From the IMG/VR virus record IMGVR_UViG_3300022468_000627, positions 1-64,000 of that record: a stretch of DNA of 64,000 nt. One strand, given 5' to 3'. The stretch comes from a virus. The notes below the pieces were generated by a model. That model did not search any database. It saw only the letters and a program-made list of their open reading frames with translations, and was not told the DNA's origin. Positions 1 to 7,557 of the stretch are shown in pieces. The number at the start of each line of letters is the position of its first letter. Within the stretch, counting starts at the first letter, position 1. The position numbers and the translations under genes are program-made.

Positions 1-326
1 GTTTTGTCAGCTGGGTGCCCTGGCAGCAGCGGGCCGCCGGCGGGCAGCACCTTGGTCAGGGGCTCGCCACCGAAGCTGGCGCTGAGCGTGATGATTTCGC
101 CAATCTCAGAGGCCTGTCCTGGCGCGCAGCCCATCGGAATCAAGCTGCTCGGGTCAATGCCATGGCTGCGCAGCGTGGCCTCGATGCGGCCGGCGCAGGC
201 CTCCTCGCTTTCGCCTTCGATCGCCGGGACGGCGAGTTTCAGATGCTCAATCTGTGCGTCTGCCTGGGTTTCCCCAGTGGGCGCGCCAGTGCCGGCGCAG
301 TTCGGGCGCAAGTCGGGCGCGGTCAT
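1..326 (-). CDS. Hypothetical protein, 3'-truncated by window edge
   Basis: Not in the ORF track. Hand translation from ATG 326 gives MTAPDLRPNCAGTGAPTGETQADAQIEHLKLAVPAIEGESEEACAGRIEATLRSHGIDPSSLIPMGC..., open to nt 1. ATGA overlap with the stop of the 323..598 gene. Confidence 0.5.
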   Translation of the reverse strand, partial: MTAPDLRPNCAGTGAPTGETQADAQIEHLKLAVPAIEGESEEACAGRIEATLRSHGIDPSSLIPMGCAPGQASEIGEIITLSASFGGEPLTKVLPAGGPLLPGHPADK

Positions 327-598
327 GGGCGGCCTCCAGTGGGAACGTTGACGGAGCGAGTGCAGTTTTTTCCGCACGACTCGCGCCAGGTCGTCTCGGA
401 CGAGGCGGCACCAGCGCAGCGGGCGAAGTAGCGGCTGTAGCCGGCATCCACGAAGCGGTAGACCGTGCAGCCGTCGTGGGTGAACAGGCGGTCAACCTGA
501 AACCCGACGCCAGCGGGCGCGGTGGCCTCGGCGGGCGTCCTCTCGCAGCCGGCCAGGGCCAGCGCGGCGAGCGCCAGGGCAAGGGCGGCGCGCTTCAT
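323..598 (-). CDS. Putative lipoprotein (91 aa)
   Basis: MKRAALALALAALALAGC is a signal peptide plus lipobox (LAGC). ATGA-coupled to genes on both sides. Confidence 0.65.
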   Translation of the reverse strand: MKRAALALALAALALAGCERTPAEATAPAGVGFQVDRLFTHDGCTVYRFVDAGYSRYFARCAGAASSETTWRESCGKNCTRSVNVPTGGRP

Positions 599-1020
599 GC
601 CTGCTCCTCGGGGGCGCGGTAGTAGCCCACCATATCGGCCAGCTGCTTCACCAGCAGCGGCGCGTTCTCGTAGACCCGATCGCTGGCCGTGGCCTCGGGG
701 CAGCTCACGCCGTTGTCGTCGATGAACTGGCGGACGATGGCGTACAGGCCGGCAGCAGCTTCCCGTGCCAGCCGCTCATGCACCATAGCGTCGCACTCCA
801 GCGAAACGCAGGGGACTTCAAGCTCAATCGTCACCTTGGCTGACTCGCCCGCGCGCTGGGTCAGCGTGTAGCCACGCACAAAGTCCAGTCGTTTACCGGT
901 TTCCGTATCGACGATGCGAGTGCCAAAGCTCGTGCCGTTGCCCTCAATTCGGACGCGGCGAGCCTTTGCCTCGGGCACCTCAGGCAGCTCGGCCTCCAGG
1001 GCTTGATCGGCGGCGCTCAT
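595..1020 (-). CDS. Hypothetical protein (141 aa)
   Basis: Track ORF 595..1497 trimmed to ATG 1020 (MSAADQALEAELPEV...). The upstream part of the long ORF is R/P/G-rich shadow sequence. The start overlaps the stop of a 47-codon ORF (TGATG). Confidence 0.6.
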   Translation of the reverse strand: MSAADQALEAELPEVPEAKARRVRIEGNGTSFGTRIVDTETGKRLDFVRGYTLTQRAGESAKVTIELEVPCVSLECDAMVHERLAREAAAGLYAIVRQFIDDNGVSCPEATASDRVYENAPLLVKQLADMVGYYRAPEEQA

Positions 1021-1163
1021 CACTGACAGGCCTCGCAACTGCCTTCGCCGCTCAGGTCGCAGGCCGGGGCCAGCGGGGTGTCGTCGTCCAGATCCAAGCC
1101 AGGGGATTGTTGGGCATCCTGGGGTTGCTCGACGGCGACTGCGCCTTTGGTTTCGTCGTTCAT
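1020..1163 (-). CDS. Small acidic protein with C-terminal Cys cluster (47 aa)
   Basis: Hand-found, below the track cutoff: MNDETKGAVAVEQPQDAQQSPGLDLDDDTPLAPACDLSGEGSCEACQ. The stop is coupled to the next ATG. No clear SD. Confidence 0.35.
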   Translation of the reverse strand: MNDETKGAVAVEQPQDAQQSPGLDLDDDTPLAPACDLSGEGSCEACQ

Positions 1164-1225
1164 GGTTTTTGGCCGGGTGTCGCCCGGCAGAAGCATCCCG
1201 GCAACCGGCCGGGGCGGTGCCTTGA

Positions 1226-1324
1226 TTATGCGCTTTTTTGGTTATCTTCGGTGTCGTGTTTCCACCACGCCGGCAGGCCCAGCACGGCAGACCACCAGAT
1301 CCAGATGGCGAAGGGTAGCGGCAT
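1226..1324 (-). CDS. Possible 32-aa single-helix membrane micropeptide
   Basis: Hand-found: MPLPFAIWIWWSAVLGLPAWWKHDTEDNQKSA. The ATG lies 3 nt after the metallopeptidase stop. Evidence is weak because the ORF is so short. Confidence 0.25.
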   Translation of the reverse strand: MPLPFAIWIWWSAVLGLPAWWKHDTEDNQKSA

Positions 1325-1327
1325 GGG

Positions 1328-1849
1328 TCAGCTCCGGTTTGCTGCGGCCACGAAGTCGGCCAGGTCGGGGGTCCACTGGCCGTAGCGCACCACCTCGGAC
1401 CGGAAGGCCTCAACGTCGTGGCCAACGCACTTGAACACTGGCAGGCCATCGCGATCGAACTTCGGGCTGCCGAAATGGTCGATGGCCTGCTGCACATGGC
1501 AGAGCTCGTGGAACACCAGGGCCTCGCGCTCCTCGTCGCTGGCCTGCCCCCACCATGGCGCGTTGATGACCACCAGGAACTGCGGCAGCTCGCCCAGCAG
1601 CCCCTGCAGCAGCTGCAGGCCCAGGTCCTTGAACCCGCCTTGGAACATGGTCTTGACGTCGTGCACGCTGCCCAGCTCGATCTTGTTGCCCTTCTCCTTG
1701 GGCGTGGCCCGCATGAGCCACCCGAACGCCACCTCGTTGTCGCGCAGGTGCTGGTGCTCGGGGTAGCCCATGACGCGCGCGGCGATGATGGCCGGGTGCG
1801 CGTCCTCGGGCGGCAGGGTGAAGGGTGGGGGCAGGTCGTCGTCGGTCAT
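1328..1849 (-). CDS. Putative zinc metallopeptidase (HExxH), SprT-like/phage metallopeptidase type
   Basis: Track ORF trimmed to ATG 1849 (MTDDDLPPPF...). It has an FHELCHV (HExxH) motif and a downstream GHDVEAF. Family assignment is from memory only. The ATG lacks an SD and lies 7 nt after a junction-motif copy. Confidence 0.7.
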   Translation of the reverse strand: MTDDDLPPPFTLPPEDAHPAIIAARVMGYPEHQHLRDNEVAFGWLMRATPKEKGNKIELGSVHDVKTMFQGGFKDLGLQLLQGLLGELPQFLVVINAPWWGQASDEEREALVFHELCHVQQAIDHFGSPKFDRDGLPVFKCVGHDVEAFRSEVVRYGQWTPDLADFVAAANRS

Positions 1850-1855
1850 GGGCGG

Positions 1856-1873
1856 GATTGTGGTGTCACGCCG
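1856..1873 (-). promoter_or_regulatory. Junction motif copy (CGGCGTGAC-AC-CACAATC)
   Basis: The hexamer ends 7 nt before ATG 1849, with no SD. The TGA inside the motif is the stop of the upstream gene. Confidence 0.5.
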
Positions 1874-2276
1874 CCCCAAACGGCATCGCCACGTCATCCG
1901 AGCGCTGGGGCTCCAGGCGCTTGATGCGCTTGCGCATCACCACCTCGACGCAACGGTCGGGGTGGCGCTCGCGGTAACGGCGCCCCTTCTGGCGTGGCGT
2001 CTGGGCCCGGGGTCTCGCCTTGTTGACGCCAGGCCCGGCCAGGTAGACCGCGCTCGGCGTGCCCGGGTGATCCCGGCGCCAGTCGTGTACGTGGATCCGC
2101 TGGTCCTCCATGAGGAAGCCCAGGTAAATTTGCGCGGTCTTTGTCGAGCAGTGCAGGAGCTCGGCCAGCTCGTTCCGGGTGCGGGGCTCGGCCAGGGTCG
2201 CCAAGAAGCGGCCAATGCGGATCTGGGCCGCCGTGCTGTCCAGGCGGTAACGCTCGATGCTGCTGGGGCTACGCAT
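1866..2276 (-). CDS. Putative winged-helix/HTH DNA-binding protein (136 aa)
   Basis: The segment RNELAELLHCSTKTAQIYLGFLMEDQRI looks like a wHTH recognition unit. The C-terminal tail is basic. Confidence 0.5.
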   Translation of the reverse strand: MRSPSSIERYRLDSTAAQIRIGRFLATLAEPRTRNELAELLHCSTKTAQIYLGFLMEDQRIHVHDWRRDHPGTPSAVYLAGPGVNKARPRAQTPRQKGRRYRERHPDRCVEVVMRKRIKRLEPQRSDDVAMPFGAA

Positions 2277-2535
2277 GGGCGCCTCCGAACAGGTCGAGCG
2301 TGCGGGAATCGCGGGTGACCACGCCAGCCCGGGCCTCGACCAATCCCGCCGACACGGCGCACGCCGGGCCGACCGGCTGGCCCTGCACCAGGGCGGCAGC
2401 GCGCGCCAGGCGGCGACCGCACATGGCGCAGCGCATGCCGGCCGACTTGATCAATTCGGGTTTCTTCGCGCCCGAGCTGCGCCCGAGGCCTCCACTGTTT
2501 GCGGCAAAACCCTTGCCGCGCTTGGTTTTTTTCAT
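2269..2535 (-). CDS. Small basic Cys-containing protein (88 aa)
   Basis: ATG 2535. K/R-rich N-terminus, then CAMCGRRL...GPAC. The 3' end overlaps the next gene start by 8 nt. Confidence 0.5.
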   Translation of the reverse strand: MKKTKRGKGFAANSGGLGRSSGAKKPELIKSAGMRCAMCGRRLARAAALVQGQPVGPACAVSAGLVEARAGVVTRDSRTLDLFGGAHA

Positions 2536-2555
2536 GTGTGAAAACAGATTGCAGA

Positions 2556-2909
2556 TCAGTTTTTGATTGGAAGCTCGACGGCAGCGGCCACTACCTCGCT
2601 CGGGAATTCAGGGCGCGGGTCCGGGTTGCGTTGGCACCGCACGCCCAGGTCGGCGCCGCTCTTGAGCTTGATGCCGCAGCAGCAGACCGCCGCCTCGGTG
2701 CGACCCTCGCGCTCGATGCCGCAGTTGCTGCAGCGGTAGATGCGCCGATGGTCGAAGGTCTCGCGCGCCAGGATGCGACCGAAGCAGCTGCGGCACACGT
2801 GGTCGGTGATCGCCCAGGCAAAGGTGTCGCCATTCTTTCCCCGGGAAGGGGTCTGCGCGGCCCGTGGAGCGATTTTTTCAAGGGGGTCTGTGGGGTGGGT
2901 GCTTGTCAT
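2556..2909 (-). CDS. Zinc-ribbon-like protein (117 aa)
   Basis: Paired CxxC motifs (CRSC ... CSNC) plus a CCCG cluster. Composition is protein-like. Confidence 0.55.
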   Translation of the reverse strand: MTSTHPTDPLEKIAPRAAQTPSRGKNGDTFAWAITDHVCRSCFGRILARETFDHRRIYRCSNCGIEREGRTEAAVCCCGIKLKSGADLGVRCQRNPDPRPEFPSEVVAAAVELPIKN

Positions 2910-2919
2910 GCCTTCGGCC

Positions 2920-3444
2920 TCACCACAGCCGCGCCTGGCGGACGGCCGCCGGCACCTGCGCCGCGAAGCCGAAGAACACCCGCTGGCGGCTGTCGCGCAG
3001 CGTGGCCACGATCAGCTCGTCCATGTCGGCCGACTGCTCCATGCGCAGCTGCCGCAGGTCGCCGCTGGCGTCGAACCGCAGGCGCCGGCACGCCAGGCCG
3101 CTGGCCTTCACGGGCGCCGTGCCCTTCGCGTTGCGGCCGCGCAACACCTCCCGGGCCCGGTTGTAGCAGCTCACGCAGTGCATGCCGCCGATCAACCGCC
3201 CAGCCGAACGATGGCACCGGGCGCAGGTCAGCGTGCCCTTGAGAGGGCTCATGCTGGCCGCCACCTCGCCGGCATGCACCGCCCCCAACGGGCAGCACTT
3301 GCACGCCGCATGGCTGCCGTCGTTCAGGTCGTTCTCCCGCCGCCACATGCTGGCGCAGCTCGCCGTGCTCAGCGTCGCCCGCATCCGATCGCACCGAAAC
3401 ATCGCCTTGCCCGGCAGCGCCGGATTGCTTGTGTACTCGACCAC
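2920..3444 (-). CDS. Cys-rich protein (174 aa), first gene of leftward operon
   Basis: GTG start with a GGGGG SD-like run 5 nt upstream. Many Cys residues, including CKCC, CARC and CVSC. No family recognised. Confidence 0.55.
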   Translation of the reverse strand: MVEYTSNPALPGKAMFRCDRMRATLSTASCASMWRRENDLNDGSHAACKCCPLGAVHAGEVAASMSPLKGTLTCARCHRSAGRLIGGMHCVSCYNRAREVLRGRNAKGTAPVKASGLACRRLRFDASGDLRQLRMEQSADMDELIVATLRDSRQRVFFGFAAQVPAAVRQARLW

Positions 3445-3472
3445 TCAGACCCCCAACTTAACCAAAATTGAG

Positions 3473-3524
3473 GGAATTCTAAGTGAATTCCGCCCGATTT
3501 GATCAAGTGTTTTTCCATGATCAA
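3473..3524. promoter_or_regulatory. Two inverted repeats (GGAATTC-N5-GAATTCC; TTGATCA-N12-TGATCAA)
   Basis: Read directly at 3473..3491 and 3499..3524, in the divergent intergenic region. Confidence 0.5.
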
Positions 3525-3595
3525 AAACGGCACAACCAGCACTCCCAAGACCTCCACAGCCCTCCCGTGACCTTCCGTGACCGTTGCGCCCCCTC

Positions 3596-3684
3596 GTTAC
3601 TCGCGATACCGCCTCGTAACCCACCCCGGTTACGCGAAAAATCCAGGCCGGACCGTAACCCCCTGTTGTTATGTTACTTGTTAC
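3596..3684. repeat. Cluster of six GTTAC/GTAAC pentamers (iteron-like)
   Basis: Copies at 3596, 3616, 3629, 3655, 3673 and 3680 (plus 3825). CGTAACCC occurs twice. The tandem CCGTGACC x2 lies at 3565 and 3575. Confidence 0.6.
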
Positions 3685-3800
3685 TTTAAATAAATAAGTT
3701 ATAAGAAGGAGAGAGAATATATAATGTAATGTATATTGTACTTATATGATGTAATTATGTGATGTTGTACTTTACTGTGTTCCTTTTTTAATCTATATTG
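3661..3800. other. AT-rich island (about 24% G+C by hand count) in a ~65% G+C genome
   Basis: ttatgttacttgttactttaaataaataagttataagaaggagagagaatatataatgtaatgtatattgtacttatatgatgtaattatgtgatgttgtactttactgtg... contains TATAAT (3720..3725) and repeated ATGTAAT and TTGTACTT. Confidence 0.8.
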
Positions 3801-3858
3801 TCTGACTGTGATGGCCGGTAGCAGGTAACGCCGACCCACAAAACGCCCGGAAACCCGC

Positions 3859-4734
3859 ATGGATGCTGGGTTTCTTCGGATACCAAAAACCCAAACTGAT
3901 ACCACCATGAGCGCTACTGAACTCAACATTCGCCGCCAGATCGTCCGCCTCGCCGTCGGCGAATCGGCCGTGATCAACCCCCACGGGGCCACCCCGGGGG
4001 AGACAATCTATGTGATCTCCAGCTTCGGAAAACTGAGAAGCATCCACTACGAGACCACCGAGCGGGATGGCGTGGTCACAGCAACCAGGCTCGCAGAGCC
4101 CCCATCGGCCAAGGCAAAGGCCGACGTCAACGCCCTGCGGCCCGGCGAATCGGTCGTTATCGGGGGGCCCGGCAGCCTGCACCAGATGGTGCGCATTCAC
4201 TGCTCGAAATTGAACAAGACCGGCGCCGCCCGGTACACCTGCGCCACTGAGGATGGCGGGCTGCGCGTCACCATGCTGGCAGATGGGCAGAACGTTGCCC
4301 GCCAGACGAAATACGGCCTGGAGCGCCTGCACCACGAGCCCGAGCTGGTGCTCGAAGGCTCGCCCCCCGAGCTCCAGCGCATCCGGCTGGCCGCATCCCA
4401 GTACAGCACCCGCCACGCCATGCCTGTGAGCTGCCAGCTGCTGGAGCCCGGCCGCCTGCGCGTGTTCCGGCCCGACCTCGTCGCCCGTGCACCCAGCCCC
4501 GACCGGCGGGCCCAGGCCCTGACCTCAACCCGGCCAAGATCCGACAAGTACGGCCTCGACCGGCTGGCCGACGATCGTGAGCTGCGGTTCACCGTGCCGC
4601 CCAGCGAGCAGAACAACGTTCGCCAAGCCGTGTCCGCCAAGGCCCGCCGCACGGGCTGGCGCATCCGATGCCGGCTGCAGGACGACGGCAGCATGATGGT
4701 GTACCGGGCCGATGCGGCGCAAGCGGCAGAGTGA
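3859..4734 (+). CDS. Hypothetical protein built of four ~50-aa internal repeats
   Basis: 291 aa (alternative ATG at 3907). The four repeat units end ...ERDGVVTATRL, ...EDGGLRVTML, ...EPGRLRVFR and ...DDGSMMVYR. First gene of the rightward early operon. Confidence 0.6.
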   Translation: MDAGFLRIPKTQTDTTMSATELNIRRQIVRLAVGESAVINPHGATPGETIYVISSFGKLRSIHYETTERDGVVTATRLAEPPSAKAKADVNALRPGESVVIGGPGSLHQMVRIHCSKLNKTGAARYTCATEDGGLRVTMLADGQNVARQTKYGLERLHHEPELVLEGSPPELQRIRLAASQYSTRHAMPVSCQLLEPGRLRVFRPDLVARAPSPDRRAQALTSTRPRSDKYGLDRLADDRELRFTVPPSEQNNVRQAVSAKARRTGWRIRCRLQDDGSMMVYRADAAQAAE

Positions 4735-4745
4735 GGGCGCGGGGC

Positions 4746-4851
4746 GCCACGCCACGCTAAGCCACGCCACGCATGCGCGCTATCACCCACTAGCCCACTA
4801 TCACGCTAGTAGTCGATAGCGCGATAGCTGGTCGGATCAGCGCGATAGCTG
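4746..4851. repeat. Dense direct/inverted repeat array upstream of the 4936 gene
   Basis: GCCACGCCACGC x2 (4746, 4761). CTATCAC x2 (4780, 4798). GCGCGATAGCTG x2 (4819, 4840; 21-nt spacing), plus CGATAGC at 4814 and an inverted GCGCGCTATC at 4775. Confidence 0.6.
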
Positions 4852-4875
4852 CTCAAATTTGCGTAAATACAACAC
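4849..4875 (+). promoter_or_regulatory. Conserved 27-mer early control element, copy 1
   Basis: CTGCTCAAATTTGCGTAAATACAACAC matches 8097..8123 (CTGATCAAATTTGCGCAAACACAACAC) at 24 of 27 positions. Confidence 0.55.
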
Positions 4876-4935
4876 ACGACTTAACCAAATTGGATTAAAT
4901 TAAGGGTGTCGAAACAAAGCACTCAGGAGCCCACC

Positions 4936-5076
4936 ATGTACGCAGTCGCTGGATACACCGTCAACACCGCTGAACAGGCCCGCACCCTGCTGCTGGTCGC
5001 CATGCTGAAAGGCGACACGCGCATCGCGCAGCAGGCGCGCAGCGTTCTGGAGAAACTGGAGCTGGCCGGAGCCTGA
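4936..5076 (+). CDS. Small protein (46 aa)
   Basis: Hand-found: MYAVAGYTVNTAEQARTLLLVAMLKGDTRIAQQARSVLEKLELAGA. A CAGGAG SD lies 6 nt upstream. It shares an identical 15-nt initiation context with the next gene. Confidence 0.4.
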   Translation: MYAVAGYTVNTAEQARTLLLVAMLKGDTRIAQQARSVLEKLELAGA

Positions 5077-5134
5077 TTCCACCGCACTGCCTGGCGCGCC
5101 GGGCAGTCCAGTGCAATCAACCCAGGAGCCCACC

Positions 5135-5464
5135 ATGATCCTCACCCAGTCCCAAGCCGAAGCCGTCTACAGCGCCATGTGCGCGCTGAACAATGTGGGT
5201 GGCGCTTTGTGGTGCCGCGCGCAGATGCCATGCAGCACCGAATGGGCGGATGTGCGCCAAGACGACGCTGGGGCTGTGCATATCGGCAAAGGACCGCTGC
5301 ACCGTTTTGACCGCATTGAATCAGTGGTTACCCGTGTTGGCCCGGTCGAATACCACGCCAATCAAGCCGCCTTCGCCGCCGCCTACGGCCTGAACAGCGA
5401 CGAGCCGCAGAGCGCCGTGGCCGCCGCAGCGGGCGGGCTGACGCAAACCGCCATCGAGCGCTGA
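5135..5464 (+). CDS. Hypothetical protein (109 aa)
   Basis: Track ORF 5111..5464 trimmed to ATG 5135 (MILTQSQAEAVYSAM...), which follows a CAGGAG SD. Confidence 0.55.
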   Translation: MILTQSQAEAVYSAMCALNNVGGALWCRAQMPCSTEWADVRQDDAGAVHIGKGPLHRFDRIESVVTRVGPVEYHANQAAFAAAYGLNSDEPQSAVAAAAGGLTQTAIER

Positions 5465-5489
5465 CCCCACCGCACAGCGCCGCGAGCCG

Positions 5490-6230
5490 GTGCTGTCGGG
5501 CAGAGAGCCCCCACGCATGGACCAATCCATGCGCCGGGATTTTCCGGGGCAACCACCACCACACACTATGGGAACCGACATCCACGGCGTCTTCCAACGC
5601 CACGACGCCACCACCAACACCTGGGAAGACATCCCCAGCAACTACGAGCAGAGCCGCCACTACCAGCTGTTCGCCGTCCTGGCCGGCGTGCGCAACGGCC
5701 GTGGATTCGCCGGCGTCAAGACCGGCGAGCCGGTCGAGCCCATCGCGGAGCCGCGCGGCTACCCCGAAGGCTTCCCGGTTGACGAAGACATGCACGTCGT
5801 CGGCAAGCTGGAGGACATCGACCCGCGTCGTCGCGAGTACAGGACTGCTGAGTGTCTGGAAGAAGGCGAAAACCCGCTCGAACTCTGGATGGGCGACCAC
5901 AGCCACAGCTGGCTGACCGGCGCCGAGATGCTGGACTGGTACGCGACCGCGCCGACCGTCATCCAGACCGGCATCTTTGACCGCGCCAACTACGAGAGCT
6001 GGGACAAGAAATCGCCGCCCGATTTCGGCTACTGCGGCGGCATCGGCGGCCATGGCGTCGTGCTGGTCAACGACAACGCGCCCGAGCGCGAAGCCAACAC
6101 GAACTGGACGCACATCCGCTGCGAATGGGAGCAGGGCCTGCGCGGCGAGCTGGCCTACTTCTTCGACGAGGTGGCACGCCTGCAGGCTGAGCACGGTCAG
6201 GTGCGGTTCGTGTTCGGCTTCGATTCCTGA
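5490..6230 (+). CDS. Hypothetical protein (start uncertain)
   Basis: The longest start is GTG 5490. ATG 5517, 5529 and 5568 (MGTDIHGVFQRH...) are alternatives, and none has a strong SD. The body is protein-like (W/Y/E/D-rich). Confidence 0.6.
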   Translation: MLSGREPPRMDQSMRRDFPGQPPPHTMGTDIHGVFQRHDATTNTWEDIPSNYEQSRHYQLFAVLAGVRNGRGFAGVKTGEPVEPIAEPRGYPEGFPVDEDMHVVGKLEDIDPRRREYRTAECLEEGENPLELWMGDHSHSWLTGAEMLDWYATAPTVIQTGIFDRANYESWDKKSPPDFGYCGGIGGHGVVLVNDNAPEREANTNWTHIRCEWEQGLRGELAYFFDEVARLQAEHGQVRFVFGFDS

Positions 6231-6305
6231 CCACCAGACCGCCAGCCCCAGCCGCGCGACAGGCGGCTACCCCTCACCCCCGCCGGGACAGGCCCGGCCA
6301 AGACC

Positions 6306-6776
6306 ATGAGCACCATTAAAACCTCTGACCTCACCGGCGCCGCGCTCGATTGGGCTGTGGCGAAGGCCTGCGGCCTCATCGACGCCGAGGTGCTGATCCG
6401 CCGCGCAAAATCGAAAGCCGTTGTCATCGACGTTGAAAGCAAAACGCTGTTCGACATGCGCTTCGGCCGCGACTGGCGGCCCTCGCACGCGGGGGAGCAA
6501 GGCGGACCCATCATCGAGCGGGAGGGCATCGCTACCCGCAAGCACGGCAGCGGCATTTGGTATGCCATGGCTCAGGCGGACGTGGGTGACGGCCAGCGCT
6601 CTGATTGGCACGAATTCACTTGGCGCAATCCGCACCATTACCCTGACTACCCGCACGAAGCATACAAGCGCCGCCAGCGCTTCTCCGGCCCCACCGCCCT
6701 CATCGCCGCCATGCGCTGCTACGTCGCCAGCAAGCTGGGCCCCGAGGTGGAAGTGCCCCAGGAGCTGCTGGCATGA
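6306..6776 (+). CDS. Hypothetical phage protein, DUF2591/NinX-like (tentative)
   Basis: The N-terminal LTGAALDWAVAKACG recalls DUF2591-type phage proteins (memory only). Confidence 0.55.
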   Translation: MSTIKTSDLTGAALDWAVAKACGLIDAEVLIRRAKSKAVVIDVESKTLFDMRFGRDWRPSHAGEQGGPIIEREGIATRKHGSGIWYAMAQADVGDGQRSDWHEFTWRNPHHYPDYPHEAYKRRQRFSGPTALIAAMRCYVASKLGPEVEVPQELLA

Positions 6777-7186
6777 CCACCACCACCCCCCACCCCTACG
6801 CCCACATCCTGCGCGCCATTGCCGATGGCCAGGCAGTTCAGTGGCAAGACACCGCCGGACAATGGAAATACCAGCCCACCGACGTCACGCTGGATGAGAT
6901 CGCCCGGGCCGGCTACCACCCCACCCGCTACCGCATCAAACCCCGCACCGTCCGCATCGGCGACATCGACGTGCCCGAGCCACTGCGGGAGATGCCGGCC
7001 GATGGCACCACCGTCTGGTGGCCGGATTTTTGCGTTGCTGGCGACAACATGGTCGGCGAAGCAGATGTCGATGGGTTGATTCGCGCAGTGCTACCCACAT
7101 TGCTAAACCGAGGCCTCCTGCACCCCACCCGCGAGGCTGCCGCCGCGCACGCTGCTGCGCTGGTGGCGCTGACTGCGCGGAGTTAA
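6773..7186 (+). CDS. Hypothetical protein (137 aa)
   Basis: ATGA overlap with the upstream stop. Composition is protein-like. Confidence 0.55.
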   Translation: MTTTTPHPYAHILRAIADGQAVQWQDTAGQWKYQPTDVTLDEIARAGYHPTRYRIKPRTVRIGDIDVPEPLREMPADGTTVWWPDFCVAGDNMVGEADVDGLIRAVLPTLLNRGLLHPTREAAAAHAAALVALTARS

Positions 7187-7188
7187 GC

Positions 7189-7557
7189 ATGACCACCACC
7201 CTCGACGCCCTCATCAGGGAGGCCAGCACCGAGCTGGGCAGCACCGCCTGCCAGACTGGCCGGCACCAGTGGTCCACCGAAGGCGAAGGCGGCAGAGGTT
7301 GCCCACACGACCTCACCGACCACTGCGGCCAGGGCGTTTACCGCTGCACCGTCTGCGGCCAGTACGACTACGGCGAACGCGGAGGCCCCGGCGACGCCGA
7401 CTGCGAGCGCTGCTGCCCACACCGAGACGAGCGCGCGCAGGCCATCGCCGCGAGCCGCATCGACCCGCTGCGCCACCTCTGGAACAGCCATCCACGCATC
7501 AATCACTTCCTGCGGCTGCGCGCCCTGCGCCGGCAGCGAAAGCCGAACCTGCCATGA
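7189..7557 (+). CDS. Cys-rich hypothetical protein (122 aa)
   Basis: Trimmed from 7018..7557 to ATG 7189 (MTTTLDALIRE...). Contains CTVCGQ and CERCC motifs. Confidence 0.55.
   Translation: MTTTLDALIREASTELGSTACQTGRHQWSTEGEGGRGCPHDLTDHCGQGVYRCTVCGQYDYGERGGPGDADCERCCPHRDERAQAIAASRIDPLRHLWNSHPRINHFLRLRALRRQRKPNLP

Noticed and set aside
3483-3992. Track ORFs 3483..3689 (+) and 3699..3992 (-) in the AT-rich control region
   Set aside because: They span the iteron and AT-rich repeats, have odd composition and no SD or coupling. The region is better explained as regulatory or origin DNA.
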